64,000 nt of DNA from an uncultured Acidobacteriota bacterium (lineage in GTDB: Bacteria > Acidobacteriota > Vicinamibacteria > Vicinamibacterales > 2-12-FULL-66-21). Below the pieces are notes generated by a model. That model had not been told where the DNA came from, did no database searches, and saw nothing but the letters and a program-made list of their open reading frames with translations. The position numbers were made by a program, and so were the translations under genes. Shown piece after piece: positions 31,155 to 40,422 of this stretch (the stretch's first letter is position 1; every line of letters begins with the position of its first letter). The stretch covers positions 84,733 to 148,732 of the forward strand of contig CAVULC010000004.1 in the NCBI GenBank assembly GCA_963742265.1, written 5' to 3'.

Positions 31155-31160
31155 TATAAT
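31155..31160 (+). promoter_or_regulatory. sigma70 -10 box for the yceD-rpmF-plsX-fab operon
   Basis: Perfect TATAAT 39 nt upstream of the yceD ATG. Confidence 0.6.
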
Positions 31161-31199
31161 GACGGGTTCCTATATGGGCCCTGATGGCCCCTGTGAGTC

Positions 31200-31730
31200 A
31201 TGCTTCTCGAACTGAACCAGCTGCGCGGGGCGCGCGAGCATTTTGAACGGCGATTCGACCCGGCGGATTTCGATCCGCAGGACGAAGATTATCGGATCGC
31301 GGCACCGGTCGAGCTCTCGATGGACATCGAGAAAGTCGGCAGCGACGCCTTCCGCGTCAAAGGGCATGCGGTTACGAGGGTGGAGCTGCAGTGCGGCAGA
31401 TGCCTCGAGAATTTCGAGATGCCCGTGGACGCAGCGTTCGAGCTCCGGTACGTGCCGGCGATCGACGAAACCGAACCGGAACGGGAAATAGCCGAAGACG
31501 ACCTGACCACCGCCTTCTATCGCGAGGGTGCGCTGGACGTCATAGACATGCTGCGCGAACAATTCCAGCTCGCGCTGCCGATGAAGCCGCTGTGCAGCCA
31601 GGCTTGCCGCGGTCTGTGTGCCCACTGCGGGGCGAATCTGAACAGCGCCGACTGCGGGTGCCGGCCGACCTGGGACGATCCCAGGCTGGCGGTCCTCAAG
31701 GGGTTGCTGAATACCGACAAGGAGAACTGA
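31200..31730 (+). CDS. yceD: YceD/DUF177 family protein
   Basis: Motifs C.RCL, LALPMKPLC...CRGLC..CG.NLN..C.C and DPRLA.L. Precedes rpmF. Confidence 0.92.
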   Translation: MLLELNQLRGAREHFERRFDPADFDPQDEDYRIAAPVELSMDIEKVGSDAFRVKGHAVTRVELQCGRCLENFEMPVDAAFELRYVPAIDETEPEREIAEDDLTTAFYREGALDVIDMLREQFQLALPMKPLCSQACRGLCAHCGANLNSADCGCRPTWDDPRLAVLKGLLNTDKEN

Positions 31731-31733
31731 CTC

Positions 31734-31916
31734 GTGCCTAATCCTAAACGCCGGCATTCCAAGAGCCGGACGGCCAAGCGCCGCACCCACGACACGCTGA
31801 AGCCGGTGCCCGTCGGCACCTGTCCCCAGTGCCAGGAAGCCAAGCAGCCCCACCAGGTCTGCAGCAACTGCGGCTACTACAACGGGCGGCAGGTCAAGGC
31901 TGTCGAAGAAGCATAG
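31734..31916 (+). CDS. rpmF: 50S ribosomal protein L32
   Basis: Motifs MPNPKRRHSKSR and CPQC...PHQVC..CGYY.GR. Confidence 0.97.
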   Translation: MPNPKRRHSKSRTAKRRTHDTLKPVPVGTCPQCQEAKQPHQVCSNCGYYNGRQVKAVEEA

Positions 31917-31955
31917 CTGTAGCCGGTAGCTGAAAGCTGGCAGCTGAAAGCTGGA
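31915..31955. repeat. AGCTG-family heptamer array
   Basis: AGCTGT AGCCGGT AGCTGAA AGCTGGC AGCTGAA AGCTGGA, starting in the rpmF TAG. Confidence 0.75.
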
Positions 31956-31961
31956 CGCTCT

Positions 31962-32939
31962 TTGCGCATAGCCATCGACGCCATGGGTGGCGATGACGGC
32001 CCCGGAACGATCATCGACGGAGCACTCGTCGCCGCCAGGCATCTCCAGATCGGCCTCCTGCTGGCCGGGGACCGGCACCTGATCGAGCGGGAGCTCTCGC
32101 GGCATCCAGCCGCCGGCACCCTCGACCTCGAGATCCTCGACACCCCCGAACACGTCGACATGGCGGAGCCAGCCTCCGCCGCGCTGCGCCGAAAACCGCG
32201 TGCGTCGATCAAGCTTGCCTGTGAAGCGGTCCGTGACGGACGCGCCGCGGCTCTGTTCAGCGCCGGCCACACCGGCGCGTCGGTAATGGCCGCCATCGCC
32301 GCGTTCGGCCGGCTCTCCGGCATCGAACGTCCTGCGCTCGCCACGATCATTCCCACCCGCCAGGAACCGGCCGTGCTGCTCGACTCTGGAGCGATGGTCG
32401 AATGCCGCCCGCAGCATCTCGTCCAGTTCGCCGAGATGGGATCGGCGTACGCGCGCCTTGCGTTCGGACGCCCCACGCCGCGGGTTGGGCTGTTGTCTGT
32501 GGGAGAAGAAGAGGGCAAGGGGAACGAGCTCACGCGCGAGGCCCACCAGCTCCTCAAGTCCGCACCGATCAATTTCATCGGCAACATCGAAGGGCGTGAC
32601 GTCTACGCGGGCGAGACCGACGTGATCGTGTGTGACGGATTCACCGGCAACGTGACGCTGAAGATCAGTGAAGGGCTGGTGGAAGCAATCGAATCGCTGC
32701 TGCACGCGGAACTGCAGTCCACCTTCGGCTCGCAGATCGGCTACCTGCTCTCGGCCCAGGCCTTCCGCCGCTTCCGCAAGCGCCTCGACTATTCCGAGTA
32801 TGGCGGGGCGCCGCTCCTCGGCATCAACGGCATCTGCATCATCGGGCACGGCCGGTCGTCGGCAAAGGCGGTGCGTAACGCGGTGACGATGGCGTTTCGT
32901 GCCGTCAATGAAGGACTGCTGGAGAAATTGTCATCATGA
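31962..32939 (+). CDS. plsX: phosphate acyltransferase PlsX
   Basis: Motifs IAIDAMGGD, ERPAL, GEEEGKG, VCDGFTGN..LK and YGGAPLLG..HG.S. Confidence 0.96.
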   Translation: MRIAIDAMGGDDGPGTIIDGALVAARHLQIGLLLAGDRHLIERELSRHPAAGTLDLEILDTPEHVDMAEPASAALRRKPRASIKLACEAVRDGRAAALFSAGHTGASVMAAIAAFGRLSGIERPALATIIPTRQEPAVLLDSGAMVECRPQHLVQFAEMGSAYARLAFGRPTPRVGLLSVGEEEGKGNELTREAHQLLKSAPINFIGNIEGRDVYAGETDVIVCDGFTGNVTLKISEGLVEAIESLLHAELQSTFGSQIGYLLSAQAFRRFRKRLDYSEYGGAPLLGINGICIIGHGRSSAKAVRNAVTMAFRAVNEGLLEKLSS

Positions 32940-33880
32940 TCGCGTTCGTGTTTCCAGGTCAGGGCGCACAGAAGGTCGGCATGGGACAGTCGCTGGCGGC
33001 GGAGTTCCCGGTCTGCCGCGACACCTTTGCCGAGGCCGATGCGGCGCTCGGCGAGGCGCTGAGTACGCTCTGTTTCGACGGTCCGGTAGAGCGCCTCCTG
33101 CTGACCGAGAATACGCAGCCGGCAATCCTGGCGATGAGCATTGCCGTCGAACGGCTGGTGCGGGCGCAGGGAGTCGACGCCGTCTTTGCGGCAGGCCACA
33201 GCCTCGGTGAGTACTCGGCGCACGTCGCGGCCGGTACGCTATCCTTCGGGGATGCCCTTCGCACGGTACGCCGCAGAGGGCAATACATGCAGGAGGCCGT
33301 GCCCGTAGGCACCGGGGCGATGGCGGCGCTGCTCGGGCTCGACGCGGATGCGGTCTCGGCGGCGTGTGCCGAAGCAGCGGCCGAATCGGGGCAGGTGGTT
33401 TCGGCGGCGAACCTGAACGCACCAGGGCAGGTGGTGATCGCCGGTCACACGGCGGCGGTGACGCTGGCCGGAGAAAAGGCAAGGGCGCTGGGCGCCAAGC
33501 GCGTCATTCCATTGGCCGTGAGCGCGCCGTTCCATTGCGCGCTGATGAAACCTGCGGAACTGAGGCTGGCGCCCGAACTGCGGGCGCTGTCGACAGAAGC
33601 GCCGAGGATTCCGGTGGTGGCCAACGTGGACGCGCAGCCGAAGCGTGGCGCGCACGAGTCGATCGAGGCACTCGTGCAGCAGGTATCGGCGCCGGTGCGA
33701 TGGGAAGAGGTGGTCAAACGACTGGTCGCGGAAGGGGTGACGACGTTCGTCGAACTCGGTCCGGGATCGGTGTTGTCGGGCTTGATTCGCAAGATCGATC
33801 GCAGCGTTCGCACGATGAACGTGGAAGACGGGAAGACCCTGTCGGCTGCGATGTCTGAGCTGAAAGCTGGCGGCTCTTAG
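32936..33880 (+). CDS. fabD: malonyl-CoA:ACP transacylase
   Basis: Motifs FPGQGAQ, GHSLGEY, VSAPFH and ELGPG. Confidence 0.96.
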   Translation: MIAFVFPGQGAQKVGMGQSLAAEFPVCRDTFAEADAALGEALSTLCFDGPVERLLLTENTQPAILAMSIAVERLVRAQGVDAVFAAGHSLGEYSAHVAAGTLSFGDALRTVRRRGQYMQEAVPVGTGAMAALLGLDADAVSAACAEAAAESGQVVSAANLNAPGQVVIAGHTAAVTLAGEKARALGAKRVIPLAVSAPFHCALMKPAELRLAPELRALSTEAPRIPVVANVDAQPKRGAHESIEALVQQVSAPVRWEEVVKRLVAEGVTTFVELGPGSVLSGLIRKIDRSVRTMNVEDGKTLSAAMSELKAGGS

Positions 33881-33917
33881 CGGATGGCTGGAAGCTGGTA
33901 GCTGGCAGCCGGTAGCT
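33858..33917. repeat. AGCTG-family heptamer array overlapping the fabD 3' end
   Basis: AGCTGAA AGCTGGC GGCTCTT AGCGGAT GGCTGGA AGCTGGT AGCTGGC AGCCGGT AGCT, in exact 7-nt register. Confidence 0.75.
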
Positions 33918-33922
33918 TTTAT

Positions 33923-34663
33923 ATGATTGATCTTTCAGGCCGCGTCGCGCTGGTGACAGGCGCGTCCCGCGGCATCGGACGGGCGATCGCCGAGAAGCTC
34001 GCAGCGCGCGGCGCCCACGTGGTCGCTGCTGCGCGCGGCGACAATGCAGCCGCCACCGTCGATGCCATCCTGACGGCTGGCGGCAAAGCAGACGCCCTGG
34101 CGCTCGACGTGACGCAAGCGGGCGCGGCGGAGGCGGCCATCGCCGCGACCGCCGGGAAACACGGGCGGCTGGACATCCTGGTGAACAACGCCGGCATCAC
34201 GAAAGATCAGTTGATGCTGCGGATGAAGCGCGACGACTGGGACACGGTGCTGGGCACGAACCTGACGGCGGCGTTTACGCTGACTCAGGCGGCACTCAAG
34301 CCGATGCTGAAGCAGCGCGGCGGCCGGATCGTCTGTATTTCGTCGGTGGTCGGGCAGAGTGGTAATGCGGGGCAGGCGAACTACGCCGCCTCGAAGGCAG
34401 GGCTGATCGGGTTCGCGAAATCCGTGGCCATGGAAGTGGCGTCGCGCGGCATCACGGTGAACGTGGTGGCGCCCGGCTTGATCGATACAGACATGACACG
34501 CGCCATCACCGGGAGCGCGCATGAGGAGTGGGCAGCGAAGATCCCGCTCAAACGGCTGGGCACGCCGGAGGACATTGCGTCCGCCGTCTGCTTCCTCGCA
34601 TCGGACGAGGCGTCGTATATTACCGGGCAGGTCCTGGCCGTCAATGGCGGGATGTACATGTAG
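33923..34663 (+). CDS. fabG: 3-oxoacyl-ACP reductase
   Basis: Motifs TGASRGIG, NNAGIT.D and NYAASKAG. Fab operon context. Confidence 0.95.
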   Translation: MIDLSGRVALVTGASRGIGRAIAEKLAARGAHVVAAARGDNAAATVDAILTAGGKADALALDVTQAGAAEAAIAATAGKHGRLDILVNNAGITKDQLMLRMKRDDWDTVLGTNLTAAFTLTQAALKPMLKQRGGRIVCISSVVGQSGNAGQANYAASKAGLIGFAKSVAMEVASRGITVNVVAPGLIDTDMTRAITGSAHEEWAAKIPLKRLGTPEDIASAVCFLASDEASYITGQVLAVNGGMYM

Positions 34664-34672
34664 GAGGGCTGA

Positions 34673-34912
34673 ATGGCCGTCGCGGACAAGGTTAAGAGCA
34701 TCATCGTTGAGCAGCTGGGCGTGGATGAAGAAGAAGTGACACCGGATGCGTCGTTCGTCGACGACCTGGGCGCCGATTCGCTCGACACGGTCGAACTCGT
34801 CATGGCCTTCGAAGAAGAGTTCGGGATCGAGATCCCGGACGACGACGCGGAGAAGATCACGCGCGTGAAGGAAGCGATCGAGTACATCGAATCCCACAGC
34901 AAGAAAAAGTAG
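34673..34912 (+). CDS. acpP: acyl carrier protein
   Basis: Motif [26 protein letters not shown] Shine-Dalgarno. Confidence 0.97.
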   Translation: MAVADKVKSIIVEQLGVDEEEVTPDASFVDDLGADSLDTVELVMAFEEEFGIEIPDDDAEKITRVKEAIEYIESHSKKK

Positions 34913-34914
34913 CC

Positions 34915-34937
34915 GTAGCCCAGCCCTTCAGGGCTGG
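34915..34937 (+). repeat. GTAG-type REP palindrome
   Basis: GTAG-C-CCAGCCC-TTCA-GGGCTGG, the same architecture as the copies at 56296-56397. Confidence 0.7.
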
Positions 34938-34957
34938 CCGGCAGGTCAGGAGGCTCT

Positions 34958-36199
34958 TTGAGCAGGCGAGTGGTCGTGACGGGCGTCGGCATCGTGTCGC
35001 CGCTCGGCATCGGCACCGAGGCGAACTGGGAAGCACTCTGCGCGGGTCGCAGTGGGATCGGCTTGATCACCCACTTCGACGCCTCGCAGTTTTCCGCGCG
35101 TATCGCGGGTCAAGTCAAGGACTTCGATCCGCTGCGCTTCGTCGATAAAAAAGACGTCAAGAAGATGGACGTCTTCATCCAGCTCGCGATCGCCGCGTCG
35201 CAGTTCGCGGTCGAGGACGCCGGCTTTGCCGTGACGCCAGAGAATGCGACGCGGGTCGGCGTGTTCATTGCGTCCGGCATCGGCGGTTTCGGCACGATCG
35301 AACGCGAGCACAAGGCCTTTCTCGAAGGCGGTCCCCGTCGCATCTCTCCCTTTTTCATTCCGGCGACCATCATCAACCTCGCCGCGGGGCAGGTGTCTAT
35401 TCGCCTCGGCGCGAAGGGGCCGAACTCGGCGACCTGCACGGCGTGCTCGGCGTCAGCGCATGCCATCGGTGATGCCTTCGAGATCATCCGCCGCGACGAT
35501 GCGGACGTGATGATCGCGGGAGGATCCGAAGCCGCGATCACCCCGCTCGCAGTGGGCGGGTTCGCCGCGATGCGCGCCCTGTCGACCCGTAACGATGATC
35601 CCGAGCGCGCGAGCCGTCCATTCGAGAAGGACCGTGAGGGCTTCGTCATGGGGGAGGGATCCGGCATCCTCGTGCTCGAAGAGCTGGAGTTCGCGAAACG
35701 TCGCGGCGCGCCGATCTACGCGGAAGTGGTCGGCTACGGCATGACCGCGGACGCGTTCCATATCACCGCCCCGTCCGAGGATGGAGACGGCGGCATGCGC
35801 GTCATGGAGATGGCCATCCGCCGCGCGGGCATCAAGCCGGCAGACGTCGATTACATCAACGCCCACGGCACCTCGACACCCTTCAACGACAAGCTCGAAA
35901 CGCTCGCGATCAAGCGGCTGTTCGGCGAGCACGCGCACAAGCTGCAGATCTCATCGACCAAGTCGATGACCGGTCACCTGCTGGGGGCCGCCGGAGGGCT
36001 CGAGGCCGGCATCACCGCGCTGGCGATCAAGCACCAGCTGATCCCACCCACGATCAACTACGAGACGCCCGATCCGGACTGCGACCTCGATTACGTGCCC
36101 AACACCAAGCGCGAGGCGAAGATCGAGTACGCACTGTCGAACTCGTTCGGCTTCGGCGGCACCAACGGGGCGTTGCTGTTCAAGCGCTTCCATGAGTAG
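34958..36199 (+). CDS. fabF: beta-ketoacyl-ACP synthase II
   Basis: Motifs [31 protein letters not shown] and SNSFGFGG.N. Confidence 0.96.
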   Translation: MSRRVVVTGVGIVSPLGIGTEANWEALCAGRSGIGLITHFDASQFSARIAGQVKDFDPLRFVDKKDVKKMDVFIQLAIAASQFAVEDAGFAVTPENATRVGVFIASGIGGFGTIEREHKAFLEGGPRRISPFFIPATIINLAAGQVSIRLGAKGPNSATCTACSASAHAIGDAFEIIRRDDADVMIAGGSEAAITPLAVGGFAAMRALSTRNDDPERASRPFEKDREGFVMGEGSGILVLEELEFAKRRGAPIYAEVVGYGMTADAFHITAPSEDGDGGMRVMEMAIRRAGIKPADVDYINAHGTSTPFNDKLETLAIKRLFGEHAHKLQISSTKSMTGHLLGAAGGLEAGITALAIKHQLIPPTINYETPDPDCDLDYVPNTKREAKIEYALSNSFGFGGTNGALLFKRFHE

Positions 36200-36234
36200 C
36201 TGACAGCTGATCGCTGACAGCTCACAGCTGAAAG
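36198..36234. repeat. AGCTG-family heptamer array
   Basis: AGCTGAC AGCTGAT CGCTGAC AGCTCAC AGCTGAA AG. Starts in the fabF TAG and fills the spacer to etfB. Confidence 0.8.
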
Positions 36235-36236
36235 TC

Positions 36237-37001
36237 ATGAAAATAGCCGTCTGCATCAAACAGGTCGTCACCCGCGAGTGGCAGTTGCGCGTGAACGACA
36301 GTAAGAGCTGGATCCGCGATCAGGACGCGAGCTTCGAGCTCAATGAGCCTGACGCCTACGCCCTCGAAGAGGCGCTGCGGCTGAAAGAGAAGCACGGCGG
36401 CGAGGTGGTCGTCTGTTCCGCCGGTCCGGCCCGTGCAACGCAGGTGCTTCGCGAGGCGCTCGCACGCGGTGCCGATCGCGCCATCCACGTCGAGTCCGAC
36501 GCGCTCGCCTCTGCCGATGCCTTCGTGATCGCCGACGCGCTTGCCGCCGCGGTACGTGACGAGAAGTTCGATCTCGTGCTGACAGGGCTGCAGTCTGACG
36601 ACCAGGGCTTCGGGCAGGTGGGCGTCGTGCTCGCGGAGACGCTCGGCATGCCGCACGCGACGATCATCATGGAAGTCCAGGTGACCGGCTCGACGATGAG
36701 GGTGAAGCGGGAGCTCGAAGGCGGCTGGTTCCAGTGGATGACGCTGCCGCTGCCGGCACTGCTCACCATCCAGAGCGGTATCAACCAGCTTCGCTACGCG
36801 ACGCTGAAGGGCATCATGGCGGCAAAGAAGAAGGAGATCCGCAAGGTGGCGCCGTCCGGTTCCACCGCCGCCGCGCAAAAGATCCTGAGCGTGTATTTTC
36901 CGGAGAAGGGCAAGAAGACGCACATGCTGCCAGGTTCTCCCGTGGAAGCGGCCCGGGCGCTCGTCCAGAAGCTGCGCGATGAAGTGCGGGTGATCTCATG
37001 A
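36237..37001 (+). CDS. etfB: electron transfer flavoprotein beta subunit
   Basis: Motifs MKIAVCIKQV, NEPD.YALEEALRL and RYATLKGIMAAKKK. Confidence 0.94.
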   Translation: MKIAVCIKQVVTREWQLRVNDSKSWIRDQDASFELNEPDAYALEEALRLKEKHGGEVVVCSAGPARATQVLREALARGADRAIHVESDALASADAFVIADALAAAVRDEKFDLVLTGLQSDDQGFGQVGVVLAETLGMPHATIIMEVQVTGSTMRVKRELEGGWFQWMTLPLPALLTIQSGINQLRYATLKGIMAAKKKEIRKVAPSGSTAAAQKILSVYFPEKGKKTHMLPGSPVEAARALVQKLRDEVRVIS

Positions 37002-37957
37002 TTCTCGTCATCGCCGAGCAACGTGAAGGGAAATTGAATCGCGCGTCCTGGGAAACGATCGCGGCGGCGCAGCAGGCTGGCGGTCCGGTCAAGATCGCGG
37101 TGCCCGGCGCCGGCGTGGATGCGCTCGCAACCGAGCTGGCCGGTGCCGATGCTGCGGAGGTGATCACGGTGGACGCGCCCGCCCTTGCGGACTATACGGC
37201 TGACGGTTACGTCCAGGCCCTGTCATCGTTGATTGCCGCCGAGTCGCCGACCCACGTCTTCCTGCCGCACACGTACCAGACGCGCGATTTCGCTCCGGCA
37301 CTCGCAGCCCGTCTGCAGCGGGCGCTGATCACCGATGTGACCGCGATCAAGAAGCAGGGAGACGGGATCATCTACGTGCGTCCGGTGTTCCAGGGAAAGC
37401 TGAACGCCGACGTCTCCGCAGAAGGCCCGGCACCGCATCTCGTCACCTGTCAGATCGGTGCATTTCGGGCGGACGCGGCTGTGCGCGGGGCGTCGCCAGC
37501 TGCGGTCCGCAAGGCGGCGATCGAGGTCGACGCCTCGGCCATCCGCCAGAAGCCGGAAGCGCCGTTCAAGGAAGCCAAGCAGGCGGTCGACCTGTCGCAG
37601 GCTGAACGGATCGTCGCCGTTGGTCGCGGGATCAAGGGGCAGGAGCATCTTCAGCTGGTCGAAAAACTGGCGCAGGCCATGGGTGCGGAGATCGCGGCGT
37701 CGCGACCGATCTGCGATTCCGGGTGGCTGCCGATGGATCGCCAGATCGGGAGCTCAGGGCAGACCGTTGCACCCAAGCTTTACGTCGCGCTCGGCATCTC
37801 CGGAGCGATTCAGCATCTCGTCGGCATGAAGGGTTCGCGCACCATCGTCGCCATCAACAAGGATCCGGAAGCACCGATCTTCGAGATCGCGGACTTCGGT
37901 ATCGCGGGAGACCTGTTCGAAGTGGTGCCGGCGTTGATTGCGGAATTGAGTAAGTAG
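36998..37957 (+). CDS. etfA: electron transfer flavoprotein alpha subunit
   Basis: Motif QIGSSGQTVAPKLYVALGISGAIQHLVGM..INKD.EAPIF. Confidence 0.95.
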   Translation: MILVIAEQREGKLNRASWETIAAAQQAGGPVKIAVPGAGVDALATELAGADAAEVITVDAPALADYTADGYVQALSSLIAAESPTHVFLPHTYQTRDFAPALAARLQRALITDVTAIKKQGDGIIYVRPVFQGKLNADVSAEGPAPHLVTCQIGAFRADAAVRGASPAAVRKAAIEVDASAIRQKPEAPFKEAKQAVDLSQAERIVAVGRGIKGQEHLQLVEKLAQAMGAEIAASRPICDSGWLPMDRQIGSSGQTVAPKLYVALGISGAIQHLVGMKGSRTIVAINKDPEAPIFEIADFGIAGDLFEVVPALIAELSK

Positions 37958-37987
37958 CTGTCAGCCGTGAGCTGACAGCTGAGAGCT
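37956..37987. repeat. AGCTG-family heptamer repeat / 10-bp hairpin
   Basis: AGCTGTCAGC-CGTGA-GCTGACAGCT GAGAGCT. Starts in the etfA TAG and ends at the next ATG. Confidence 0.75.
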
Positions 37988-39649
37988 ATGGCACGCGAAG
38001 AATTAGAAGTCGACGTTCTCGTCGTCGGCGGCGGGCCCGCCGGCATGTCTGCCGCGCTCAGGCTGGCGCAGTTGCAGAAGAAGGACGGCGGCGAGCCGCT
38101 GAGCATCGCGGTGCTCGAGAAGGCGCGGGAAGCGGGCGCGCACATGTTGTCGGGTGCGATGCTCGATCCGTCGGCCCTCAAGGAGCTGGTGCCGGACTTC
38201 AAGGAAAAGGGGGCGCCGCTCGCCTCGGAGGTCCACCACGAGCAGGTCTACTTCCTCACCAGGACCTCGAAGATTCCGTTCCCGGTTACGCCGCCCCCCC
38301 TCCAGAACCACGGCAACTACATCATCTCGCTGAACCGCTTCGTGAAGTGGATGGCCGGATTGGTCGAAGCGGAGGGGGTCGACATGTTTGCCGGCTTTCC
38401 CGCAGCAGAGATCCTCTACGACGAGGATCGCGTGATCGGCGTGCGAACGCGCGACCAGGGGATCGACAAGCACGGCACGAAGAAGTCGACCTTCGAGCCG
38501 GGCGTCGACATCAAGGCGAAGGTCACCATCCTGTGCGACGGGGTGCGCGGGAATCTCACCAAGGCGCTCGTACGGCGCTTCGCGCTCGATGCAGGCAAGC
38601 AGCCCCAGTTGTATGCAATCGGTATCAAGGAATTGTGGGAGGTCCCGAAGGATCGGATCAAGCCCGGCACGGTCATCCACTCGCTTGGCTACCCACTGCG
38701 ATCCGAGGAGTTCGGCGGAGGATTCCTTTACGCGATGCCGGACGGTCTCGTGTCGGTCGGTTTTGTCAGCGGCCTCGACTACCGGGATCCGATGTTCGAT
38801 CCGCACCAGACGTTCCAGCACTTCAAGCAGCATCCGGCATTCGCCTCCATTCTCAAGGGAGGCCAGATGGTCCGCTACGGTGCGAAGGCGCTTCCGGAAG
38901 GCGGCTGGCACACCATCCCACGCGTCTACGCGGACGGCGTGCTGATAGCCGGCGATGCAGGCGGCTTCGTCAACTCCATGCGCCTGAAGGGCATACACCT
39001 GGCGATGCGCACCGGGATGCAGGCCGCGGAGACAGCCTTCGAAGCGGTGCGCGCCAACGACGTATCGGCGGCGCGCCTCCGCAAGTACGAAGACCTGATC
39101 AACGCGAGCGACGTGCGGCGGGAACTCTATCCCGTGCGCAACGTGCATCAGAGTTTCAGTTACGGCCTGCTGCCCGCCTTGATGTATTCGGGGCTTTCGC
39201 TGGTGACCGGCGGATGGTGGTTCAAGGACCTGCCGGCACATGCCGGCTACGAACGGATCAAGAAACTCGGCGAGTATTACGGCGCGAATAAACCGGACAT
39301 CGATGTCCCGGTTCGACCGGCGAAGATCGACCGGCAGCTCACGTTCGACAAGCTGACCAACGTCCATTACTCCGGCACCAGGCATGCTGAAGACCAGCCG
39401 TCACACCTGATCGTCCACGATGCCAGCATCTGCGCCACCCGTTGTCGCGAGGAATACGGAAATCCCTGTCTGCGGTTCTGCCCGGCCAACGTCTACGAGA
39501 TGGTCGATGCCGGAGACGGGCGCAAGAAGTTGCAGATCAACGCGTCCAACTGCGTGCACTGCAAGACGTGCGACATCATGGATCCGTACCAGGTGATCGA
39601 CTGGGTGCCGCCCGAAGGTGGCGGCGGTCCGCAATACGAGGGTATGTAG
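37988..39649 (+). CDS. ETF:quinone oxidoreductase
   Basis: Motifs VVGGGPAG, GAH.LSGA, GDAGG and C-terminal RFCPA.VYE / NCVHCKTCDI.DP 4Fe-4S site. Confidence 0.94.
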   Translation: MAREELEVDVLVVGGGPAGMSAALRLAQLQKKDGGEPLSIAVLEKAREAGAHMLSGAMLDPSALKELVPDFKEKGAPLASEVHHEQVYFLTRTSKIPFPVTPPPLQNHGNYIISLNRFVKWMAGLVEAEGVDMFAGFPAAEILYDEDRVIGVRTRDQGIDKHGTKKSTFEPGVDIKAKVTILCDGVRGNLTKALVRRFALDAGKQPQLYAIGIKELWEVPKDRIKPGTVIHSLGYPLRSEEFGGGFLYAMPDGLVSVGFVSGLDYRDPMFDPHQTFQHFKQHPAFASILKGGQMVRYGAKALPEGGWHTIPRVYADGVLIAGDAGGFVNSMRLKGIHLAMRTGMQAAETAFEAVRANDVSAARLRKYEDLINASDVRRELYPVRNVHQSFSYGLLPALMYSGLSLVTGGWWFKDLPAHAGYERIKKLGEYYGANKPDIDVPVRPAKIDRQLTFDKLTNVHYSGTRHAEDQPSHLIVHDASICATRCREEYGNPCLRFCPANVYEMVDAGDGRKKLQINASNCVHCKTCDIMDPYQVIDWVPPEGGGGPQYEGM

Positions 39650-39677
39650 GCGCACGTCACTGGTAGATACTGACGAC

Positions 39678-40379
39678 GTGCGGCTCTCTGCCTGGCAGCG
39701 CTTCAAGGCGACATTGATCGCGGGGATCGCCTTTCCGCTGATCGCCGTCCTCTGCCGCACCTACCGCTGGAGAGTGGACGGCGCGTCGCGCTTCGATGCG
39801 ATCATCTCCTCTGGACGGCAACCGATCCTCGCACTCTGGCATGGCCGCATCCTCGCCGGCCTGCATCACTTCCGCAACCGGCACATCGTCGTCATCACGA
39901 GCCAGAACTTCGATGGTGAGTGGATCGCACAGATCCTGGAGAAGTTCGGGTTCAGCACGGCGCGGGGGTCAACGTCGAGAGGGGGCGCCCGCGCGCTGGT
40001 GCAGTTGCGCCGCGATCTGCTGGCGGGGAAGCCGGCCGCCTTCACCGTAGACGGACCGCGCGGTCCGGCGCGAGTCGTTCAGCCGGGGGTGGTGTTTCTG
40101 GCCGGGGCCACCGGACAGCCGATTCTTCCGTATCACATCGAATCAGATCGCCACTGGACGCTCGGCAGCTGGGATCGCACGCAGATTCCAAAGCCGTTTG
40201 CGAATGTGGCGCTGGCGATTGGCGAGCCACTCACGGTCCCGGGCACGGAGGAGCGAATTCTCGAGGAGCACAGGGCCACGGTGGACGCGGCGCTTCGAGG
40301 GTTGGAGGTCCGGGCTCTGGAGATGTTGAGGGAGACACCGAGAGCCGGTAGCCACAGAGGCACAGAGGCACAGAGTTAA
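39678..40379 (+). CDS. DUF374 / lysophospholipid acyltransferase family protein (start uncertain)
   Basis: Motifs LALWHGR, SQNFDGE, RGSTSRGG, TVDGPRGP and SWDR..IPKPF. Confidence 0.85.
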   Translation: MRLSAWQRFKATLIAGIAFPLIAVLCRTYRWRVDGASRFDAIISSGRQPILALWHGRILAGLHHFRNRHIVVITSQNFDGEWIAQILEKFGFSTARGSTSRGGARALVQLRRDLLAGKPAAFTVDGPRGPARVVQPGVVFLAGATGQPILPYHIESDRHWTLGSWDRTQIPKPFANVALAIGEPLTVPGTEERILEEHRATVDAALRGLEVRALEMLRETPRAGSHRGTEAQS

Positions 40380-40420
40380 CAGGTTACACAAGGCCACAGA
40401 GACACAGAGGCACAGAGGCA
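40351..40420 (+). repeat. octamer arrays (CACAGAGR)x3 in two direct blocks
   Basis: GCCACAGAGGCACAGAGGCACAGAG (40351-40375) and GCCACAGAGACACAGAGGCACAGAG (40393-40417). Confidence 0.85.
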
Positions 40421-40422
40421 GC

